Positions 56,147 to 64,000 of a DNA stretch of 64,000 nt are shown here, in pieces (the first letter of the stretch is position 1; each line of letters opens with the position of its first letter). Source of the DNA: Geosiphon pyriformis uo1 (taxonomy: Eukaryota > Fungi > Glomeromycota); the NCBI GenBank assembly GCA_016748015.1, contig JAAOMT010000648.1:248001-312000 (forward strand). Reading direction: 5' to 3'. The notes beneath the pieces are model-generated. The model ran no database searches. It was not told the origin of the DNA and saw only the letters and a list, made by a program, of their open reading frames with translations. A program made the translations under genes and the position numbers.

Positions 56147-58975
56147 TTCGAAAATATTTTTCTCAGATAATTCGTGAAAAAATCAAAATCAATTCTTGTT
56201 AAATGGCATCGTGTGTTGGGATTTTTATTTGAATGATTAGCAGTTAAGAGAGATAGGATAAAAAAAAACAAAGATCAAAGTTTTCTATATTTCGGGAAAA
56301 CTATAATTGAGATATTTTGAAAAATCAATTTAATCAATATTTTGGCAATAGAATATCTATCAGAACGTATCAAATATCATTTATGAAAAAGTAGAAGGCA
56401 CTTTACATGTTCGTTAGTTTGTTGTCTTATTTTCTAATTTAGAAATTACTTTTAATTGTTATTGATTGAGTTTTTTAATATTGAGGGAAAAGTATTTAAA
56501 TTTACAACATTTTGTAAATTGTTTAGTCCTAATTTAAAACTAGTACTCTTCTTTATGCTACGCTTTTTTATTGAAAATATTTATTAAATGACTTGAGATT
56601 TCAAGTAAATGTAACCGATAACTATATTCTTTATCCTAATATTTTGTTGTATGAACATCATTTTAGAATTTGAATAGGTAATTTTTAGCATTTGATATCT
56701 TTCAATAAATTTTGTAAACATTTAAAAAATCGGATAAATCGTGTGCCTGTTTGTACACTTGAAATATAAATATTGACTATTTTGTGAATTGTATGTGGTC
56801 AATAAGTTACCAAACAAAACTAATATAGTTCCGTAGAAATTTTTAAAGTTAAAGTTTTCTCGTGGAATTAGTTGATAATAGTTATTTAGTGTTTTGACTT
56901 GAATCAATACCTACAACATTGGAAAATTATTAATCCAAAGTGAATTATTTTGCTACTTTTTGAAATTAGGAATCTTTTAAATAAGAAATTTGCAAAATTT
57001 ATTTCATCCCAAATAATATCTAGGAGTAATAATTTTAAATTTTTAAAAAAATATCAAAATAAATTTGACAAATTACTTTATATGAATTTTATAAGCTTTT
57101 ATTTAAGCAGTTTTTTGAATTATTATATTGTGCTTGGACGAGTTATAGAATGCAAAGAGAATTGTTTTAATTTTTCTATTTGTGTATTTTATTCAACATA
57201 ATACGTATATGTGTAAAGAATAAAAAGTTTTTTTTTCAAATTGAATAATAAATTTTGTGAAGCTAAACCAGAATTTAAATTAATGTTACTTTTTTAAATT
57301 ATATAAAAAAGCGTTTTTCATTGCAATTTCTTTAACAAATAATTTTTATTGAAATTAAAAATTAAGCATTTATATAAAATGAAATATTTTTTGACTGTTC
57401 TAAAGAATAAAATATATTTCTCAATCAAATATTTATCATTTGAAAGTTATAACCTTAAATCTTTTTAAGAACATTCTTAATATCAATAAAAAATTTTACA
57501 TGGCAATGAAGATGTTTATTACAAATTTCCCCATTTTACAAGTGCCACAATTCAGATATTAAGTTTCTTGAGAAAAATTTATAAAAAGCTTACGTCTCCA
57601 AGAATCTCAAACTTGAACAAAGTAACGATCTGATATTTTTAATTCCTCTTTTAAACAAATTATTTCTATCAATTACTTGCCTCAAAGTTACAATTACAAG
57701 ATTATCTTGGAGTTCTTCAAAAAGCTTGTACTTGTGAATCGGAAATATTGCTTCATTGGGGTCATAATAATTGGTTTTCATATGCTTCAACAGTCACACT
57801 TGAGGGTTACATGATTGATTCACGTACACTTTTAACGGTTGTTCGTGTAGGATCAGGGTTATCTTTGAAAATATAAATAAATAAGGAATGATCAGGCTAA
57901 CTATTACGTAAAATGTAATGACTGCTAATATTAATATATTGATAACATATGAATAAAGAATTAAGAATTTTTTAAAAACATGTACAAAATGAAAAAAGTG
58001 ACTAATGATAATTAAAAAATCATGTATAAAAATCAATTAAAAAAAAATAATCATATAATTTATTGTGAATAATTTAGAATTTTACTTAAAGAAAATATAG
58101 TTTTTTTATAGTAAAAAATATAAGTTTCTCATTTACTTAAAATACTGTTTGTCAAATATAATTTTTAAATAAATAAAATAAAAATAATTATTTCGTAAAA
58201 ATTATTTTTTACTAATATATTAATTAATGTTTCATCCATAAAACTTTTTATTTAATTTAACATTTTTAAAAACTTTCAAAATAATCTATCTAAAACATTT
58301 TTAAACTCTTTTCATGTATGAAAATTTGATTTTTAATTTTTTTATGTATGAAATAATGGTTTAATATTTATTTTTTTAACTTATTTGTAACTTACATAAA
58401 TAAAACCTTCAAACAGTATTCTTTAATATCAAAATGTTTCAGAAGAAATATCTTCAAAAAAGTTTTTGATATTAAAATTAAATTTAATAATGAATCTTAC
58501 AATGCACTTGACAAAAGCAAATGAAAATCAATTGGGTACATTGTTAAAATTATGTCTGGTGCCATTCAACTTCCAATTGATTATACACATCTGTCATGCA
58601 GTAAGCCAATAAAACTGGGAATTTTTTTTTTTATCAGGTTTGATATTTAAAATTTCAACATGAAAAAGCACAAAAAGTATATATAAACTTATTACACGTA
58701 TATCATGTTGAAAAAATGAAGGGAAAAACAACCTGGGCGATCAAGTAGAATATGTAATGATGTTACACATTAACTCATTAATTGGCTTCCACTTTTTAAT
58801 TATAAGATAGTGTGTGTCGAAGTTTTAATCACCAAATGGAAAGATGTCATTAAAAAAAATTATAATTTTCTGCTCGTACAATAAATCAATTAATATTTCT
58901 TACTTTTTGCGCAAATTATATTTTAATATTACATTAAAAGATGAGAAAAAAAAACGAAAATAGATATTACACTCA

Positions 58976-59220
58976 CCTATATTGAACTGTTTTCAAATGT
59001 GCTCAAAGCTTCTTCCTGGTTGTGACTAAAAATTGTTTCGAATATTGGAACTAAATACGTTTTCAAAATCATAAATAAGAAACTCATCATTTCTATATGA
59101 GTTATTTGTTTATTATTTATATTAGAATGAGACATTATCAAGTTCTTCAAAGGTCTCATGATAAGTGAAAAGATATTCATATTCAGGTAACAGATCATAT
59201 CTGAAATTCAAAAAGTTCAT
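58976..59220 (-). pseudogene. Possible decayed first exon of an unknown gene
   Basis: ATG-led protein-like frame MNFLNFRYDLLPEYEYLFTYHETFEELDNVSF... with 5 in-frame stops, ending at an AG|GTGAGT donor. Confidence 0.3.
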
Positions 59221-59294
59221 TTCCTAAAATCATAATTACCAAGACTATATTTGGTCCCCTTTCCTAAAACCAAAAAAAAAATTTTTTTTGTGAG

Positions 59295-59954
59295 ATGAAA
59301 ATGATTGGTGGCAATAAAGCCTTCCTTTTATGGTTCAAAACCACTATTGTCACTCATTATATGAAATTTTCGATGAAATATCACCTACACTTGAATCCTT
59401 TCAAAATATTATCACTTTCTTTTTTTCTTTTACCCTTGATTCTTCTTTACTTTAACATGTTAAGTTTCCATGAAATTGCTCCCATTTTTGAAACTCCAAA
59501 TTTGATACGGAATCTCGAAGTCATACCCAAATCTTTTCAGAAACGGCAGACAAAATTAGTTTTTCCAGAGATAAGGTTTAAAGCTTTGAACCGAATTGAG
59601 AATTCATTCTATATTAAGGGTAATCCTACTTGGTCTAAACAAACAAATGCAGAGTCTTCTTCATCTGTACCAAAAGAAACTGAGAAACAAAACCCTGAAC
59701 AAACAAATTCAGTGTCTTCTTCGTCTGTACCAAAAGAAACTGAGAAACAAAACCCTGAACAAACAAATTCAGTGTCTTCTTCGTCTGTACCAAAAGAAAC
59801 TGGGAAACAAAACCCTCCTAATGGACAGTCATTAAAAGACCCCTCAAATAACTATTCTCATCCTCATTCTCATAAAACTCAAAACCCAGATAAAAATAAC
59901 CTTGTAATTGATTGTGACTGCCAAAATAAGCTACAGCGAAGCTTAAAACTTTAA
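59295..59954 (+). CDS. Predicted secreted/type II membrane protein with three 20-aa repeats; resembles the lipase-family prepro region without a catalytic domain
   Basis: Hydrophobic ILSLSFFLLPLILLYF, QKRQ dibasic site, (QTNSVSSSSVPKETEKQNPE)x3; 3' end and splicing uncertain. Confidence 0.6.
   Translation: MKMIGGNKAFLLWFKTTIVTHYMKFSMKYHLHLNPFKILSLSFFLLPLILLYFNMLSFHEIAPIFETPNLIRNLEVIPKSFQKRQTKLVFPEIRFKALNRIENSFYIKGNPTWSKQTNAESSSSVPKETEKQNPEQTNSVSSSSVPKETEKQNPEQTNSVSSSSVPKETGKQNPPNGQSLKDPSNNYSHPHSHKTQNPDKNNLVIDCDCQNKLQRSLKL
59638..59817 (+). repeat. 60-bp tandem repeat, 3 near-identical copies, coding
   Basis: Unit aacaaacaaattcagtgtcttcttcgtctgtaccaaaagaaactgagaaacaaaaccctg seen on three consecutive lines. 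Confidence 0.95.
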
Positions 59955-60593
59955 ATTATTCTAATTTTTTTGAAATGGAAATAATAACTAAATGGAAATG
60001 ATTTCTCAGATGGCAAAGCTGGTGGTTTCTAAACTCAAACTTTATAAATTCTAGAGATTGTCCCGTCAATTTTAAAGCATAATATAGTTTATATTCAAAA
60101 AAATGGTTGCATAATTCAAAAATATTAATATTTTTTATGATATTAAAATATAATTTTCCAATTTCATATTTGACATATTCAGAATATGTAATAAAAAGAC
60201 CTTATAACTTAAAGAAATCCCTTTCATTTAGAGCGTTACTATTTTTTAATATTTTTTAATGAATAAGAAAAAATTCATTCATTTTTAAAATAAAGTTTCT
60301 TTGAAATAAAAATTTTAATTTTAATTCACTATGTCAAATAGTACAGTTTTCTATGAAAAAATTATTTCTAATTTATATATACATTTACATGTATTTTCAA
60401 TTATGCTCAAAGATATATTTGAAATGGTTAAATGGGGATTGCAATCGTCGGGAAAACCTTTTTTTTATTTTTTTTGTTATTGATGTCTGAATTGATAAAC
60501 ACGTGAAATCTTTTTAAGACATTGAATTTTTTCAAAATGTCCCCACTGCAATAGCAGCCCTTTGGTCAAAAGAGAAAGCTATTCAAGTCACCC

Positions 60594-62077
60594 ATGAAAG
60601 TCTTGTTGAAATGCGAAAAATGTATCTGGATATTTATCTTAATTACCACGGTGTTCGATAAATTTACAATATATTGCCAAAAAATTTCTTCCTCCTCCTT
60701 AATAAACCAAAAGACGCACTCTAAAAGGAATAATTCAAACTTGGAAATTCTACCAATAAATTTTATTCCCGTTTTAAAAAGTGAACATTTAAAATATGAA
60801 AAGTTTCCTTTATACGTTCGTGAAAATAAATTATTGATCCTGGCAACTCAAGGATTTGGCAAATACACAAAATCATCACCGCCAAAAATCATAGTCAAAG
60901 ATCCCGAAATTATAACTTTATTCACATCAATGGCACAAATGGCTAACATTCCATTTTGTAAAAACAGTGATACGATGACTATAAAGGAAAAGGGAATTAT
61001 AGGTAATTAATTTTTGTTTTGATTAAATTAAATTTTTATCATTAATTGCGATGCTTATGTTTATGTTCAAAACACGATTTTCTTTTTTAAGGTAACATTA
61101 TTTCAGTAGAAAAATCTGGAAAAATTTTTGGGTACTTTCGAGGTATAGCTTTTCTTTGAATTTTTGATTCTTTCAAGATATAAAACTATCCTAAAACGAA
61201 ATTTCTTTACCCAAGGTCCAGAAATGAATGCAAAGGAATGGGCTCGAAGAAAATCAGATTTTATGAAATTTAATATCGCTCCGAAAGGCTGGTCAGTGGA
61301 TAATACCTGGGCAAAACCATTTTTAGCATTAGACGGCCCATTTGCTACAATTTTATCAAAAATTATTCACTACTGTGAGCAGATGAAAAAAGTTGAACCA
61401 GAGATATATTTAACAGGTCATGGAATTGGAGGAGGTGAATTTTTATTGCAAATTGAATTTAAAATTTCGAATCTGGTAATATATATATATATATTACCTT
61501 TTCATTCAATTTTGTAGTCTATGCTCTTTATGTTGGAATACTATTGCACGGTTCAAGGTCAATATTTGAAAAAACGATCCCAGGTCAAACTCGGCACTTG
61601 ACGATTGTTACCTTTGGACAACCAAGACCAGGAAATGAAAAGCTAGCGCAATTCATTCAATTCAAAAAGAAAAATTTTAAAGTTTACAGAGTAACTAATA
61701 AGGACGATATGGTACCTCACTATCCCATAAAATCTTCTCAGGGAAAACGATACTCTCATGTTGGGAGCGAGTATTGGATTAGTGATATTAGTTGCGATTG
61801 TTCAACAAAAAACCCAAAGACAAAGGATTCCTTGTCATTTGCTCTTTACGAGTGTCCAAGTGTCTTTTCAGAGGATTCAGATGGTGTTGGAGAAAATATG
61901 GTAATTTATAAAGAAACTTTCAAAAAGGGTTAATAAATTCTGATATCAAAATTTTTTTTAAATTTTTAGAATTGCAATCTAGGAACACTTGGGACAAGTA
62001 CTTCCACACACTATGGTCCCTATTTTGGAACTACATTTGGAAGATGTGAAGATTATCAACCAAAAATTGGTGAATAA
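60594..62077 (+). CDS. L18: class-3 lipase-like protein, Ser->Gly (GHGIGG), one additional intron
   Basis: ANIPFC; YFR|GPE across an extra intron (about 61144-61215); LTGHGIGG; TFGQPRPG; KDDMVP; CDC; THYGPYFGTTFGRC; stop 62075-62077. Confidence 0.9.
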
Positions 62078-64000
62078 ATGATCCTTTTTCCAAAAATCAA
62101 GAAAATTCTTAAAGGTAAAGCAAAGTTTTTGATGAAGAATTCAGGTAAATAATATTTCCTAATATTTTGCTGCATCTTAAGATTTTCAAAGCTTGTAATC
62201 AATTTTGATGCCTGGTTGTGATTTCTTTTATTTTATTCCATTTTAATTCTTTATTTTAAGAATTAGGACGGTAGGGGGAATTCACGGGATCATGGAGTTG
62301 AAATTTAGATTGAAAGGTTTATATAAAGATTCAGTTAATTGAAATTTGATATGGAAACAAAGTTTTCCGAAAATTTAAAGTATAGTTTTTTTGAAAATAA
62401 ATATTATTTTATTCGTTTTGCCTTAAGTTTTTAGAAATGATTTGAACGTCAATATTTTTTTCATTAAGGTTACTAATGCTAAAAATCAAATTACCTTTAA
62501 ATAATAAAATCAATGCTAAATTACAATTTGTAAATACAAATTGATCAAAACCAGTTATAAATAAAAATTTCCTTTAAACTCGGAAACATTTTTCTTTGAG
62601 TACGCTTTTATTTCAAAATATTTTTTTTAATTGGTGACTGAGACCATCTGCTACTTTAGTTTCTGGTCAAAAAATTTCTCTATCAACTGATCAAACGAGA
62701 TATTACCAGTAATAAAGTCTTAAAATCGATCAAAGAAATCAATCTATTTTATTAATCAATTTTGAAAATTTACATGGATTAGTAACCGGAAAATAATTAA
62801 GATAGAAATAAATAAATATCAATGATCTCTTAGAGATTATCCAAAAATTCCTCTCAAAATGTCCGGCCGATCCGAATATAGTAGATAAAAAATAAAAAAA
62901 AATTTTAATTTTAACAAGTGATTGATTCCGAACATTATTTTCATTGCTACTTATCGTTCTGCGTCATTTATCCTTTTTGCACACCCACTTATTATAGCTT
63001 TAAAAGATTGTTGGAAAAAATAAGTTCTTTCGATGAAATTTTTATTCCGAGAATACTTTTTTAATGGTCTTCTTTGTCAGTGATTATATTAAAAACTTTT
63101 ATTATCAATCATATAAATTAAATTTTTAGTGAATTATAAATCAAATGGCAAACTTCAATAATTTCTCTGATATAACTTGGGATCACCCAAATGGTACATC
63201 AAAAACACAATTAAAAACCTGAATCGCAATGCGAAGGATAAAACTGCATTGAAGACAAATATATTTTAGCATGAAAGCTTTGTTTATCAAGATTTCCCGT
63301 ATTTTGGAGGCCATAGCTAAAAAAAAATTTGAGTGACTTCACTTTAATTAACCATTCATTCAAAGCTAGAATAGCTAATAATAAAGTGAATTAAAAGATA
63401 GGCATTATCAGGAAGTATTATTTTAGGATATCAATTAAGCCTCTAAAATCAAGAATCAATAATAAAATTCCATGCTTAATTTATTTAGATTATTTTAAGA
63501 TTTGCTGGTCCAAGAATAGAATATTGCTTTAAATAACTTGATTTTTACACTTGACCATTATTTTTTTTTTCTGATTATAAAAATATTTACACAAATTTTT
63601 GAGTAAAAATTTAACTGATTATTCAGAATTTTCAATAAAATTGGATTCAAATTTTATGCATTTATGAATTCAAAAAAAGAATTGATTATATTATTGTATA
63701 TATACAGTATAAAATTTACCATTATAAAAAAATTTAAATTTTATTTAAAAAAACAAAGCATTATTAATTTGATAATTAATACATTTCTTTTTAAGTAAAT
63801 ATTCTTTTTTTTTTTTTGGAATTTTTTGAATATATTGCAAATATTAATCTTAGGTTTCTTTGTGGAAATTATAAATTTTTTATTCATAAAATAATTCAAT
63901 CGACTGCATTTATAAATTGTATTAACCATAGTTGATAGTACAGGCATTGCTAAAATATTTTTCATAATAGGAATTACTAATATTTTATTTTTAAGCATTA

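Noticed and set aside
57450-58036. Two in-frame minus-strand ORFs separated by one stop
   Set aside because: No recognisable domain; the first part is low-complexity AT sequence; cannot support a gene or transposon call.
59638-59817. 60-bp repeats as a CRISPR array
   Set aside because: Head-to-tail units with no spacers, in-frame coding, eukaryotic context.
483-62077. Gly-motif lipases as simple pseudogenes, or split ORFs as frameshifts
   Set aside because: ORF breaks coincide with GT-AG introns at homologous positions; in the exons I translated I found no premature stops.
7298-63998. Short F/I/K/L/N-rich intergenic or antisense ORFs (e.g. 7298, 17060, 19222, 26351, 30510, 32333, 49111, 56950, 63741)
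   Set aside because: Composition expected from random AT-rich DNA; no motifs or splice structure.

Overview
AT-rich, intron-containing eukaryotic DNA that looks fungal. Base composition, short introns and gene content suggest an early-diverging fungus, possibly Glomeromycotina, but this is inference only. The window is dominated by an array of 18 apparently intact, highly diverged class-3 lipase-fold genes (here L1-L18) on both strands, plus one internally deleted relic and one gene resembling only the N-terminal prepro region. All 18 share the same core exon plan: a hydrophobic N-terminus/propeptide ending just after A-x-Y-C; an exon ending at the G-x-x-x-G-G elbow; an exon with T-(F/Y)-G-x-P-R-x-G and D-x-x-(P/V); and a last exon of consensus C...H-x-G-P-Y-F...C. 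In 15 of 18 copies the catalytic nucleophile Ser of GHSLGG is replaced by Gly (GHGIGG/GHGLGG/GHGVGG etc.), while frames, splice sites, the catalytic Asp, usually the His, and the cysteines are preserved. This points to a selectively maintained family of secreted or membrane-anchored pseudo-lipases. Three unrelated multi-exon genes are embedded in the array: a UPF0014 (YbbM/FetB/STAR2-like) membrane protein, an HD-domain phosphohydrolase and an FAAH-like amidase. Gene models were spliced by eye, and start codons are the least certain coordinates.
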